Positions 37,022 to 48,100 of a DNA stretch of 64,000 nucleotides are shown here, in pieces (position 1 is the stretch's first letter; each line of letters opens with the position of its first letter). The notes beneath the pieces were generated by a model. That model was given only the letters and a program-made list of their open reading frames with translations, searched no databases and had not been told where the DNA came from. Source of the DNA: an uncultured Candidatus Saccharibacteria bacterium (GTDB lineage: Bacteria; Patescibacteriota; Minisyncoccia; Phycocordibacterales; UBA9973); NCBI GenBank assembly GCA_964596395.1, contig CAZQSY010000001.1, positions 108,091 to 172,090 of the forward strand. Reading direction: 5' to 3'. Made by a program: the position numbers and the translations under genes.

Positions 37022-38060
37022 TACCCGGCAAAGTTCCTTTGGCCAGGAATTCCAGAGTGGCGCCGCCGCCGGTGGAAACGAAAGAAAACTTTTTCTCCAT
37101 TTTCATTTCTGAAATAATCTGCACCGTGTCGCCCCCGCCGATTATAGAGACGGCGGCGGCGCCCCCCACCATCTTGAGAACTTTTTTGGTAGCGCCGGAA
37201 TCTTTGCCGAGCGGGCCGTTCCACAGGATGAGCTTAGATTTTTTTATGTAGGGCGCGAGTTCTTGAACCGACTCTTTGCCGATATCCACAATGAAATCGC
37301 CTTTAGCTACTTCGCTTATTTTCTTGTTTTCGAGAACGCCGTCTTTCTCTACCAAAACATCAACTGGTAAAATCAGTTTTTTGTTCGCGAGAATTTTTTT
37401 CAAATCAAAACCAGGAGCTTCGTATAAAGACCTGCCTATCTCATAACCCTTGGCCCTAAGCAAGACATTTAAAATCGCTCCGCCCACAAAAACGTAATCG
37501 GCCAGTTTCAAATATTTTTTGATTAGCGGAACCTTGGTGGAAAATTTTGCCCCGCCCAGAATGAAAAGAAACGGATGTTTCGGGTTCTTGAAGGCCTTGG
37601 ATAAATTTTTCACTTCTTCTTCGAGCTGAAAACCGGCGTAAGCGGGCAGAAATTTTGGCACGGAAACAATCGAGGCGTGCGCGCGGTGCGAAACCGAAAA
37701 AGCCTCGTTCACGTAAATATCCGCCATGGCCGACATTTGCCTAGCAAAAGACGGATTGTTTTCGGACTCGCCCGGAAACTTTCTGACGTTCTCAAAAAAT
37801 TCTATTTTTGACTTTGGCCCGCGGAAAATTTCAAAAAAACGCTTTTCTACGGGCGTCAAACTTTCTGAGCCGTCCTTGCCGAGGTGAGTCACCAGAATTA
37901 TTTTCCCGGGATTTTTTTTCAAAAGAAACTCTATGGTCGGCAGGGCTTTGCGAATCCTGAAATCATCTTCTACCCTCCCGTCTTTCACCGGCACGTTGAA
38001 ATCAACCCGCACTAGAATTTTCTTTCCTCTCAAATTTTTTAATTTTCGGATGCTTCGCAT
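37005..38060 (-). CDS. pgk: Phosphoglycerate kinase (compact form)
   Basis: [13 protein letters not shown]-terminal signature; C-terminal GGGDT...STGGGA nucleotide-binding motifs. Confidence 0.9.
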   Translation of the reverse strand: MRSIRKLKNLRGKKILVRVDFNVPVKDGRVEDDFRIRKALPTIEFLLKKNPGKIILVTHLGKDGSESLTPVEKRFFEIFRGPKSKIEFFENVRKFPGESENNPSFARQMSAMADIYVNEAFSVSHRAHASIVSVPKFLPAYAGFQLEEEVKNLSKAFKNPKHPFLFILGGAKFSTKVPLIKKYLKLADYVFVGGAILNVLLRAKGYEIGRSLYEAPGFDLKKILANKKLILPVDVLVEKDGVLENKKISEVAKGDFIVDIGKESVQELAPYIKKSKLILWNGPLGKDSGATKKVLKMVGGAAAVSIIGGGDTVQIISEMKMEKKFSFVSTGGGATLEFLAKGTLPGIKVLR

Positions 38061-38824
38061 GCGTTTACTATGTTAGAAAATTTTCCGGCATCCAAGCTTG
38101 CCCGGCCTACCAGAAACCCGTCTACTTCTCCGTTGTTCAGGAATTCAGCCACGTTTCTCTCGTCCACCGAGCCGCCATAAATTATTTTCACGCGCTCGGC
38201 CGAGGACAGACCGAATTTATCGGACAAAACTTTCCTGGCGAAAATTACCATCTCTCGGCATTCTTCGGCGGTGGCGGCCGTCGCGCCTTTGCCGATGGCC
38301 CAAATCGGCTCGTAAGCGACAATTATCTTCGAAAGCGCTTCTTTGGGAATTCCGGACAAGCATTCCTCGATTTCTTTCCTGATAAAATTAAGATACTGGT
38401 GTTCTTCATCGCGGGACGGCTCGCCGAAACAAAGCACGGGCGAAAACCCGATTGCGAGAGAAGCTTTCAGTTTTTTGTTCACTGTCTCGTTTGTATCGCC
38501 GCCGCCCGAAGAATGGTCGCGGCGTTCCGAATGGCCGAGAATGACATATTTCGCTCCGGCCTCGCGAAGCTGTAAAGCGGAGACCTGACCCGTAAAAGCG
38601 CCTTCTTCCTTCCAAAAAGCGTCTTGCGCGCCAATGTAAATTTTCTTTGCCGAGCGGCCGGAAAGCTTTTTTATTTTTTCCAAATATAAAACAGGGGGGC
38701 AAATTACGATTTCGGTTTTCTTAAGGCCAGATGCCGCTTTCGCGGTATTCTTGAAAAGAATTTCTGCTTCTTTGGAAGAAGCCGGATTCATCTTCCAGTT
38801 GGCTATGCATATTTTCCTAGACAT
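38039..38824 (-). CDS. tpiA: Triosephosphate isomerase
   Basis: ICIANWKMN, ILGHSERR, AYEPIWAIGKGATA. Confidence 0.9.
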   Translation of the reverse strand: MSRKICIANWKMNPASSKEAEILFKNTAKAASGLKKTEIVICPPVLYLEKIKKLSGRSAKKIYIGAQDAFWKEEGAFTGQVSALQLREAGAKYVILGHSERRDHSSGGGDTNETVNKKLKASLAIGFSPVLCFGEPSRDEEHQYLNFIRKEIEECLSGIPKEALSKIIVAYEPIWAIGKGATAATAEECREMVIFARKVLSDKFGLSSAERVKIIYGGSVDERNVAEFLNNGEVDGFLVGRASLDAGKFSNIVNACEASEN

Positions 38825-38849
38825 GGGGGAAATTGTAGCACAAAAAGAC

Positions 38850-40595
38850 CTATTCGGTTTCCTTCCAGGAAGAAATGCTCCACCCGCCGGACGGACCGTT
38901 CACGAAATTCAAATCCGCCAGACCGGTCTCGTAAGTCACAACCGAATTGTTGTTAAGTTCTATCCATTTCCCGTTCAGCGCTTTGGCGGTGGCGTTGTTC
39001 TCGAGCTCCACTTCCCCATAGGCGGCGTATAGTATCACCGCGCCGCCGTTGTTGTGCAGTTCAATAGCCGAAGTAGAAGGCCAGGTGGAGAGAGCCATAA
39101 TGTAACTGCCGGGCACGCCGGAACCGCTAAAGGTTGTGTTGTTGTCTATCAGTATTTTGCCGTCGGCGATTATCAACCCCTCGGAAGAAGAGTAACTGGC
39201 GGAAAGATTTACGGTTGAATTATTTTTTATGGTTATGGTGCCTGTAACCCACAAAGTGCCCGTTATGGTTAAATGACCTCCGTTATCAACCAGCAAATTG
39301 CCAACCACTTTTTGCGGACCAAGAGACATAGACTCACCATTGGCGATGGTATAGTCGCCCGTGTGCGTCCCGCCCGCTTCGGCTTCGCTTTTCCAATCCA
39401 ATACGTTCTGGTCGGAAATCGGCATCGGCGTCTGCACCGGGTCGGCCAAACTGGTATCGCAGGATTTATTGTTGCCGGTTCCCGTTTGGCAATAATTTGT
39501 ACCGGCAATATTTGAATTATTCACCGTGTGCGCGTAAGCATTGCCTACGCCGCCGGAACCCACCGTTATGCCGTCGATTAACCCGGTCACGCCTCCCAAG
39601 TACAATCTGAAAAACCCATCCAGTCCCGACGGGGAAGTGTTGTTCCAAGTACCCGAATATTGCCCGACCTTGCCGAGCCCGCTCGGATAGCCATTACTGT
39701 TTCCACCTATTGTGTAATATTTTGAGGAATTCGTCGCTCCGTCAAGCACAAGCCAGTAAGTAACACCGGCCGTAAGTTCCGGATTAGAAGAAAAAGGCAA
39801 ACTCACCCAGTTGTAAGTGGCAGAAACCAATGAAGCGGACAAAGAGCGGGAGGTTATGGTAGTCGTACCGGGATTGCCCGACGCGTCATTTACAATACGA
39901 ACCGTCAAGTTCGAAGGAGTGCTGACCTTTTTCAAATACAGTTCAACTTTGTTGATTTGTCCCGTACTGCTCACCTGAAAACTTTGGGCAAAATCCTGGG
40001 AACCGCTTGCGTTCCCAAAAGTCACATCATAAGCGGGGGGCAGTATGTCGTTCGTCTGGTCGGCGGTGAGGGAAGCGGAATTGGCGGACGTGGCACTGCC
40101 GGTAATAGTGCCGGTGCCGGTGATGATACCGTTTGAATAAACGCTTCCGTTAATTACCGAATTGCTTCTCAAGTCGATGCCGCCGGTGCCCGATTGAACT
40201 CCGAAATTAAACGATGCCCCGGTGCCTGTGTTTAGCACCAGCTGAGTTGTCCTCTGCCTGTTCGACACGTCGCCGACAGCCGATACTGTTTTTTGGTTGT
40301 AGCCGGAATCAGCGATAGTGGCCGAACCCGAATTGCCGTTAAGCTCAATAATGTTTGTTCCTCCGATATCCTTTCCGGTCTTTAGGCGAAAATACGCGTC
40401 TTCCACCGCCGACTCGGCCAAGTACAAACTCTGGCTTGATTTAACCTGATTGTCCGCGCTTTTGAATCCGCGAACGGATGGCGAAACGAGACCGGAAGTA
40501 ACAGCCAAAGAAAGAAACAGGAAAAAAACCACTGACACGAGCATCGCCGCTCCGCCCTGCCTGTCTAAATTTTTAATTTCTTTAAGGTAGTACAT
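38850..40595 (-). CDS. Large pilus-associated protein (PilX/PilY1-like minor pilin or tip protein candidate)
   Basis: N-terminal hydrophobic pilin-like segment (GGAAMLVSVVFFLFLSLAV), then 550 aa of Gly/Ser/Thr/Asn-rich beta-type sequence; last gene of the pilus operon. Confidence 0.5.
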   Translation of the reverse strand: MYYLKEIKNLDRQGGAAMLVSVVFFLFLSLAVTSGLVSPSVRGFKSADNQVKSSQSLYLAESAVEDAYFRLKTGKDIGGTNIIELNGNSGSATIADSGYNQKTVSAVGDVSNRQRTTQLVLNTGTGASFNFGVQSGTGGIDLRSNSVINGSVYSNGIITGTGTITGSATSANSASLTADQTNDILPPAYDVTFGNASGSQDFAQSFQVSSTGQINKVELYLKKVSTPSNLTVRIVNDASGNPGTTTITSRSLSASLVSATYNWVSLPFSSNPELTAGVTYWLVLDGATNSSKYYTIGGNSNGYPSGLGKVGQYSGTWNNTSPSGLDGFFRLYLGGVTGLIDGITVGSGGVGNAYAHTVNNSNIAGTNYCQTGTGNNKSCDTSLADPVQTPMPISDQNVLDWKSEAEAGGTHTGDYTIANGESMSLGPQKVVGNLLVDNGGHLTITGTLWVTGTITIKNNSTVNLSASYSSSEGLIIADGKILIDNNTTFSGSGVPGSYIMALSTWPSTSAIELHNNGGAVILYAAYGEVELENNATAKALNGKWIELNNNSVVTYETGLADLNFVNGPSGGWSISSWKETE

Positions 40596-40598
40596 ATC

Positions 40599-41099
40599 TT
40601 AATAATCGCCGCGCAAAACCACCGTATCGTAAAAATCCGCCGTGCGACCTGCCGGGTCACGCTCGGATGAAACACTCACGAAAATTTTTACCGCCGTGCC
40701 CATGTTGGTATTTATTTGTGTGAAAGAAACGGAAGAAATCAGAGTATTGGGCGAATTTAAATTGTCGGTAAATACGTCGTTCTCTAAAAACCTCAGGGCC
40801 GAGCCGGAACGGGAGAATTCAACCGTCTTATTCGCCCCGTCATGGTCGACGGTGTTGATTTTGAGGTTGGTGCCGGTTATGGCGGCAATGCTTTTTGAAT
40901 TTTTTACTTCTCTGGAAATTCTTTCCATTATGACACCCCCCTGCGCGAGGTCCCTGTATATCGCCGCCTCTTTGAAAGACTTGGTCATCACCGCCAAGGA
41001 ATTGATAATGGCTATGGAAAAAATGGCGAAAAGGGAAACGTAAAAAACGGCCTCCAGAAGCGCGTATCCTTGATTATTTTTAAAGCCGTTTAGGTTCAT
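40599..41099 (-). CDS. Prepilin-type (class III signal) minor pilin/pseudopilin
   Basis: QG|YALLEAVFYVSLFAIFSIAI: Gly at -1, Glu at +5, hydrophobic helix. Confidence 0.6.
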   Translation of the reverse strand: MNLNGFKNNQGYALLEAVFYVSLFAIFSIAIINSLAVMTKSFKEAAIYRDLAQGGVIMERISREVKNSKSIAAITGTNLKINTVDHDGANKTVEFSRSGSALRFLENDVFTDNLNSPNTLISSVSFTQINTNMGTAVKIFVSVSSERDPAGRTADFYDTVVLRGDY

Positions 41100-41104
41100 A
41101 AATT

Positions 41105-41584
41105 TCAGCTGAATATGTCCATAACGTAAAATTGCAAATTTTTTGAAATGCTCTGCCCGCCTTCATTCCAGGAAATCGTGACTGTTACCAGTTTGGTGCC
41201 GGGGTCATCATCGCCAGAGTCGGCAATATCGTCGGTGGCGGGGTCGCGATTGACCGGCGAGATGCTTACCGTTCGCGTAAAAATACCCACCGTGCTCGGG
41301 GTGTCGGAGAGCGTCCAAGTGCCCGAGAAAGCCGGGTAGTACGGGGTCTCTTCGGAGAGGGCGGAAATGTTTCCCCAAGAATTATCGCGCAAAATGCGCA
41401 CGGCTTCGGCACCTTCCTCTAAAAGAAAACTCGCCTGGATATCGTGAAGCGCCTGGCGCGACACGGAAACCGATTTTCCCGCCACCGACATGGCGCCCAA
41501 CACCGAAGCGACGATGATTGATACCGCCACCAGTACTTCAACCATCATGAAGCCGCCGATTTTGATTTTTGGAAATTTTTTCAT
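41105..41584 (-). CDS. Prepilin-type minor pilin/pseudopilin
   Basis: GG|FMMVEVLVAVSIIVASVLGA: class III signal with Glu +5. Confidence 0.65.
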   Translation of the reverse strand: MKKFPKIKIGGFMMVEVLVAVSIIVASVLGAMSVAGKSVSVSRQALHDIQASFLLEEGAEAVRILRDNSWGNISALSEETPYYPAFSGTWTLSDTPSTVGIFTRTVSISPVNRDPATDDIADSGDDDPGTKLVTVTISWNEGGQSISKNLQFYVMDIFS

Positions 41585-41589
41585 GCTGA

Positions 41590-42057
41590 CTAATCAATGC
41601 CAACCGAGCCGGTGGCAAAAATGGTAATCGTTTTCTCTGAAGAAGGCGTGGCCACGGTCACGACACCGGTTTTGCTGGGAGCTCCGGACAATTTCTCGAA
41701 ATACAGCTCGCCGCTTGAGGCACTAACCCCCGCTAGGGTGACATCGGTGATATTCGCCGGAGAAATAATATCGATTATTTGATTATCCGAAGCGACTTCA
41801 GAAAAAACTTTGCCTTTGAAAATTATAACCCGGTCGGATTCGAAACGCACACCGTATTCAGACGAATCCAGAGAAGCCAAGCTCTTTGACTGAGCGTCGC
41901 GTAGGGCGGAGGCCGCATCTTCCAGCGCGTTTTTCAAAACCTGGTTTTCTTTTATATCTGAAAACTGGGCCAGCACCACCGAGACCAGAAAAATCAGAAT
42001 AGCCAAAACCACGAGTATCTCCATAAGTGTTATTCCTTTTTGGCGAAAATTTTTCAT
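41590..42057 (-). CDS. Type IV pilin (major pilin candidate)
   Basis: KG|ITLMEILVVLAILIFLVSVVLA: canonical prepilin peptidase site with Glu +5. Confidence 0.75.
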   Translation of the reverse strand: MKNFRQKGITLMEILVVLAILIFLVSVVLAQFSDIKENQVLKNALEDAASALRDAQSKSLASLDSSEYGVRFESDRVIIFKGKVFSEVASDNQIIDIISPANITDVTLAGVSASSGELYFEKLSGAPSKTGVVTVATPSSEKTITIFATGSVGID

Positions 42058-42107
42058 AAGGTTAAACCTTTTTTAAATTCCCAAGGTTTAACCTTGGGAC
42101 AAATGGC

Positions 42108-43325
42108 TCAGTTTATGTTATCCAGCACGGAATACAGGGGCGAAATCATGGATACGGCGAAAAAGCCGACAGCCCCGCCGATAATCACCATTAGCACCGG
42201 CTCGATAATCGTGGAAAGATTTTTGGTTTTGTTTTCTATCTCCGTTTCGTAAAAAGAAGCGATTTGCGAAAGCATTTCCGACAGCTTGCCGGTTTCTTCC
42301 CCGACTTGCGTCATTTCTTCCATCATTATCGGATAAAAATTCGTGTTTTCCTCGAACGCCTTCGAGAAAGGCGAACCCTTCTCTATGTATTCTTTCGCTT
42401 GCTCCAAAATTTTCTTGTAGTAAATATTTTGAACCACGTCTCCTGTTATTTCTATCGCCCGGGTAATAGACACGCCCGAAGACAAAAGCGAAGACATGGT
42501 GCGCGCCGTTCGCGCCGAATTGAGCTCCTTGGTCATGCTGCCGATAATCGGCAGCTTAATCAACGCGAAGTGCGTGTATTTCCGCATAAAGGGTGCCTTG
42601 AGGAGGTATACCGTTCCCGCCGCCGTGCCGATTATCAAAGTAAAAGAAATGAGCAGGTGCTCCGAGAAAAAGTTTCCGAGGGCGATAATAAATTTAGTGG
42701 AAGCAGGAAGGTCCACATTTAACTCCTTGAAGGTGGAGGCCAGCGTCGGCACCACAAAAGCAAACATCAGCACGCCAATCAGCACCATGGCCGAGAGAAT
42801 CACGCTCGGATAGATAAGCGCTCCCTTAACTTTCCTACTCAAAGAATACGCTTTTTCCAAATTCGCGCCCACTTCGGATAACGCGCCCGAGAGATTGCCC
42901 GATTCTTCGCCGGCCTTCGTCATGGAAACGAAAAGATTCGAAAAAACATTCGGAAATTTCGCGAAACCCGAAGAAAGCGTGCCGCCCGCGTCAATTTCTC
43001 CGGCCAGCGCGGTCAAAACATTCACGAAGCCGGGATTTTTCGTCTGCTTTTTCAAAACCGAAAGGGCTCTGGAAAGCGAAAGCCCGGCCTTGAGCATCCC
43101 GCTCAAATTTTTGGTGAAAATAATAAGTTCGCCAAGCCCCACCCTAGAAAGAAAGCGCGCGGTCAAGTTGGATAAATCGAACGGACTCGATTTTCCTTCT
43201 TTTATGGAAATCGGGAGGTCTCCCTTGTCGCGCAATTCGCGAGACAAGGTAAAACGGTCGGCCGCCTCCATCGTGCCTTCAAAAATTTGCCCGTTTTTCA
43301 ATTTTGCTTTGTAGGTAAAAAGCAT
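42108..43325 (-). CDS. pilC: Type IV pilus assembly platform protein PilC (GspF family)
   Basis: Two T2SS_F repeats, three TM segments, about 400 aa. Confidence 0.85.
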   Translation of the reverse strand: MLFTYKAKLKNGQIFEGTMEAADRFTLSRELRDKGDLPISIKEGKSSPFDLSNLTARFLSRVGLGELIIFTKNLSGMLKAGLSLSRALSVLKKQTKNPGFVNVLTALAGEIDAGGTLSSGFAKFPNVFSNLFVSMTKAGEESGNLSGALSEVGANLEKAYSLSRKVKGALIYPSVILSAMVLIGVLMFAFVVPTLASTFKELNVDLPASTKFIIALGNFFSEHLLISFTLIIGTAAGTVYLLKAPFMRKYTHFALIKLPIIGSMTKELNSARTARTMSSLLSSGVSITRAIEITGDVVQNIYYKKILEQAKEYIEKGSPFSKAFEENTNFYPIMMEEMTQVGEETGKLSEMLSQIASFYETEIENKTKNLSTIIEPVLMVIIGGAVGFFAVSMISPLYSVLDNIN

Positions 43326-43326
43326 A

Positions 43327-45078
43327 CTACTCTGAAACGACGCGAAAGACCTCCTCTAAAGAAGTATTGCCCAAAACCGCCTGGAAAACTCCGTCTTCGA
43401 GAATCGTCATCATGCCTTCGGTTTTCGCCTGCTTTTCTATTTCGTCCGAAGAAGCGCCACGCAAAACCATTTCTTTCACGGCCGGAGAAACCTTCAGGAC
43501 TTCGTGAATCCCCACGCGGCTCTGGTATCCGTCGGCCGACTCCTGACTCTTGGCCGGCTTGTAAAAAGGAACTTTGCTCCAGTCCTCCTTCGGCCCGACG
43601 AGCTTTTCGTTTTTTAGAAGCTCAAGCATCCGCTCTAAATTCACAACTTTCCCCAGATTTTTCAATTCATCCGCCGAGAGAAAATATTTTTCCCTGCTCG
43701 GCGTGAGCTTGCGCACCAGACGCTGGGCGATAATCGTCTTTACCGTTGAAACTATCAGAAACGGCAGAGCGCCCATGTCGATGAGACGGGGTATCGCTCC
43801 GGCCGCGGAATTGGTATGTATTGTAGAAAGCACCAGGTGGCCGGTCAGCGCGGCGTTTATCGCGAGACCGGCCGTCTCGCTGTCGCGGATTTCGCCCACC
43901 ATTATTATGTTCGGGTCTTGGCGCAGAAGCGAACGCAAGCCGCCCGCGAAAGTAAGCCCAATTTCGGGTTTTACCTGCACTTGGTTCACTCTGGGCATCT
44001 GATATTCTATCGGGTCTTCGACGGTGGAAATATTAACTTCCGGCCGGTTCAGCATCTCGAGCATGGTGTAAAGGGTAGTGGTCTTTCCGCTGCCGGTAGG
44101 GCCGGTGGCCAGCACCATGCCAATTTTTTGTTTCAGCGAATCGTGAATTCTCTCGAGCGCTTCCCCGTGAAAACCCAAGCCCTCCAGGGTAAAGCCGTGG
44201 GCGTTTTCTTTGAGTATTCTTATGACCGTTTTTTCTCCGTAAAAAATAGGCAGAGTAGAAACGCGAAAGGAAACTTTTTCTCCATTTTGCTCTATTTTGA
44301 ATCGTCCATCCTGCGGCAATCTTTTTTCGTCAAGCTTCAGGTTGGCCAGTACCTTGATGCGGGTGGTTATGCCGGGCGCCGCAGCTTTTTCCAAAACCAT
44401 GGCATCGTGCAGGATTCCATCTATCCTGTACCGCACAATCAAATCGCTCTCCCCGGGCTCTATGTGTATGTCCGAAGCGTTCTGAAGTATGGCGTGAAAA
44501 ATCAGAGAGTCCACGATTTTTACGACCGGCAAGTCCTCGGCCATGGCCTTGAGTTCCGCTTCCGTTTTTTCGGTATCCTTGGCGTCAACTTTCAGAGAAG
44601 CCGCTTCTTTTTTTATGATACTGTCAAAGTCGGCCTGCAAACTTTTTCGATACTGCACTAACGCTGATTTTATCGATAGAGAATCAGTCAGCCGGGGAAG
44701 AATTTTTTCTCCCGCCTTTTTCTTGATGAAATCAATCATCGGCAAATCGTCCACGTCGAGCATCGCCACCTCCAATCCCGATTTTGAATTTTGATAAGCG
44801 ATGATGTTGTGATTTCTGGCAATCGGTTCGGGAATCAAGGAGAGAACCGAAGAATCTATTTTTTTCTTGGTCAGGTCAACGAAGGGAATGCCCAGCACGA
44901 AGGCCTCCATGCGCTTCAAGTCGGTTTCGGACATTTTTTCTTCCGAAATCAAGAGGTCTCCCAGTTTTTGTTTTTTTGCCTCGGCTTTTTTCGCCAGCTC
45001 TTCCAAGTCGCTTTTCGCGATGACTCCCGATTGCAAGACCGCTTTCTTGAATTGCTCTTCGTTGATTTGCATTACCAA
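43327..45078 (-). CDS. pilB: Type IV pilus assembly ATPase PilB (GspE family)
   Basis: N-terminal GSPII_E_N domain, Walker A GPTGSGKTTTLY, Asp box, Walker B, His box. Confidence 0.9.
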   Translation of the reverse strand: MVMQINEEQFKKAVLQSGVIAKSDLEELAKKAEAKKQKLGDLLISEEKMSETDLKRMEAFVLGIPFVDLTKKKIDSSVLSLIPEPIARNHNIIAYQNSKSGLEVAMLDVDDLPMIDFIKKKAGEKILPRLTDSLSIKSALVQYRKSLQADFDSIIKKEAASLKVDAKDTEKTEAELKAMAEDLPVVKIVDSLIFHAILQNASDIHIEPGESDLIVRYRIDGILHDAMVLEKAAAPGITTRIKVLANLKLDEKRLPQDGRFKIEQNGEKVSFRVSTLPIFYGEKTVIRILKENAHGFTLEGLGFHGEALERIHDSLKQKIGMVLATGPTGSGKTTTLYTMLEMLNRPEVNISTVEDPIEYQMPRVNQVQVKPEIGLTFAGGLRSLLRQDPNIIMVGEIRDSETAGLAINAALTGHLVLSTIHTNSAAGAIPRLIDMGALPFLIVSTVKTIIAQRLVRKLTPSREKYFLSADELKNLGKVVNLERMLELLKNEKLVGPKEDWSKVPFYKPAKSQESADGYQSRVGIHEVLKVSPAVKEMVLRGASSDEIEKQAKTEGMMTILEDGVFQAVLGNTSLEEVFRVVSE

Positions 45079-45090
45079 TCATTTTATAAC

Positions 45091-45165
45091 AGAAAACTAA
45101 AAAAGCATATCTCTAGAAATTCGTACCCTAGAAAAGATATGCTTTTTAGTTTTCTGTTGAGTTAG
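45091..45165 (-). other. Long near-perfect hairpin (about 28-bp arms) between the giant surface protein gene and pilB
   Basis: aacagaaaactaaaaaagcatatctctag ... ctagaaaagatatgctttttagttttctgtt; arms complementary except for a 1-nt indel and 2 mismatches; loop aaattcgtacc. Confidence 0.55.
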
Positions 45166-48100
45166 TTTTCTATAAACACCGGTTTCTTGCCGCCGGTAGA
45201 TACGTACACCCACAATTCGTCGGGGGCCTGGCCGCCTGGGCCGGTGCAGGTGATTGAATATTTCGTGCTGCGCGAAGGCCCCGGGCTGACTAAAACACTT
45301 CCCTCAGTATCGCCGCCGGTCGTAATCGCGCCACCTTCGTAAATAATATTAGAGCAAGACGTGGTGTTGGTAGATGTCCATTCCAGAGTAAACGGCTCGC
45401 CAGAAGATATCGGGTTCTTTGAATCCGCCGAAAGCGAAAGGTTAGCGTTCGGAGAAGCCACTGTATCTGTGCAGATGCTCCCGTTCCAGAAAGTTGCAGA
45501 CGCGCAGTCAGCGAAAGCGGTAGCGCGAGCGAGCTCAATCCCGTCATTGTACAAGAAAAAAGTCCTCGGGCTTGAATCGTATGGAACCGGCAAACCTACG
45601 TTGTTCCCGAAATTTCCGGCCATAACAGTAGTTTTTGCTTCTGGATAGTTTGAGGTTATTGCCGAGTCCCCTGCCGGGTTTATGGTGGTCCAATCAAAGT
45701 GAACATCACAGCTACTGTTGCCCGAAAGTATCTCGCAAGGGCTGTCTAGGGGGGTCAAACTTCCAGTCGGAGCTTCGCCGCAAGCCGGCGCCTGGCAGGA
45801 TTGCGTGGGACTTCCTACACAATCAGCCCCGCCGTTGGCTGGAGCAGGGTTGGTGCATGTGCGTGTCTGCACGCCGGACTCTCCGCACATTGTCGCGCTA
45901 CAGGCGCCCCACTGCGACCATCCGCCGTCCACCGGGTCGCTGGTCACGGTCACATCCACCCATGCGCCGCAGTTATTGTTTTCGTTCGACTCGGTCACGA
46001 CGCCGGTAAAGGTCGGGTCATTGTCGGCGCAGGCGCGAACCGAATATGTGCCTGGAGCGATAAAGGTGTACGAGGGAGAGAAAGTTGTGTTATTTCCTCC
46101 GGCGGAAAGCGCTGGCATCAGGGTTGCGTTCAGCGATTCTATCGTGCCGAAACCGCCGGTACTTGAAGCCACCTGGAAAAAGTTCGGGAACGAAGTCGGG
46201 GTCGCGGCAGTGCCGGAGTTTGAGATGGTAGCCGAGAAAGTTACAGCTTCATTCGCGTTGACTTCTGTCGGCGAAGAACTGGAAGCAGTCAGTTCGGGTA
46301 AGGACGCGCCCGGGGTGGCAAAAGTGGCATCCGGAGAGTAGCCGGTGAGTCCCGCCGAGTTCGTGGCGTAACCTCGGTAGTAGTATACTGTTCCACCCGA
46401 CAAGCCGGTCCTTACGTGGGAATAGGCGACATTTACAGAAATACCGCCTTCGGCGCTGCAGTTTGAAGAAGGATTCGGCGCTGTTCCGAGACACGTGCCG
46501 CGGGCGGTGATAGTCGCCGGGATTCCGGCTGAAGTTACAGTCGCTCCGAGTGTCGCCTTATAGGTAGAACCGTCGAGAGAGATGTCCGACGAAGTGGGGC
46601 TCGCGACGGTCGGCGGGGTATTCCCCGAAGCGGCGAAGGTCGCGCTGAATGTCTGGTTTGAAGTTATGTTTGTGAAGGTGTAAGAAGTCGCGCTGGTAGT
46701 AGTCGGAGTACCGTTTACTATGTGCGAGGCAACTACATATCCGTTGCTTGGAGTGAGAGTAAGAGTAGTTGAATTCGTACCGTAAATCACCGAAGTGGTC
46801 CCCGCCGGAGAGATAGTTCCGTTTAACGCCTGAGTAACGGCGATAGTCGGTTTTGCTCTGCACTGCCCGCTTACCCAATCGCTGCCGGAAGCACACGTCG
46901 CAGTGGCGCTGCTTTGGTCGAGCAACACACCGTTGTTGTACAGATAAAATGTTTTTGTCCCGTCAGATATTTGATAATTAAGGGGCGATGTGTTGTTTCT
47001 AGAATCCGCCACCACTATTTGTGGCGGAGTAGTCACTTGAGAATAACTTGCAGGATTGTTTACGCTCCAGGAAATACTCGAGTTACAGGCGCTGGAACCT
47101 ATCGGAATAGTACAATCGGTAGAGGAGACATTGCCCGACATTTGCCCGGCTATCGCCGAGAAAGAAGCAGTAACCGTACAAGCCGAAGTTACCGGACCCG
47201 TGGTGTAAATACTTCCCGCAAGTGAGCCGCCGCAGCCGGTAACAGTATTTATCTCATAACCGCTGTTCGGAGAAATGGTGAAAGAACCAGTGGAATTGTA
47301 GTTCACATTCCTGGAAGACGGGGTGATGGTCCCGCCGACCCCTCCACTAACTGAAGTGCCGACCGTGTATGAATTTAGAGAGAACGAAGCAGATACGTTG
47401 CACCCCGAAGTAATCGCACCAGTCGTATAAGTCGTACCCGAAAGCGAGCCGTTGCAACCGGAAGCGGAAGCGGTGTAACCGGCAGTCGGGGTAACAGTAA
47501 ATGTTGTGGTAAGGCCATGATTCACTGTCCTAGTTGAAGGAGTAATTGAACCGCCGGCCCCACTACCACTTGAGGTTACCGTGTACGAATTTTGCGAGAA
47601 AGTCGCGCTAACTGTACAGTTCGCGGTAATAGAGTTTGTCGTGTAAATATTTCCGGCAAGAGATCCGCCGCAGGTGCCGCCGACCGAAGCGGTGTAGCCG
47701 GTATTCGGAGTAACGGTGAAGGAAGTGTTGTCGCCCGATGCTACGGTTTGAGCAGTATTTGGAGATATGGAACCACCAGCGCCGGCGCTGGGAGTAACTG
47801 TATAGGTATTAGAAGCCACGGTAATATTCTTCCAGGGACCGCAGTTGTTGCTCTCGTTTGATTCAGTGATGGTGCCAGCGTTTGACGAACTGGTCTTGTC
47901 AGCACAAACGCGGATGGAATACGTGCCAGCCGGGCTGAAAGTAATTGATGGGGAGGTAGCCGTATCCATTCCCCCGGCGGTAACCGCAGGCATGGTACCG
48001 CTTGGCGTTCTGTCGGCGGGTGTCCCGCACCCGCCTCCCGTATTGCATGTCTGGAAAAAATAACTGAACGAAGCGCCGGTCGAAGCATTGCCACCGTTGG

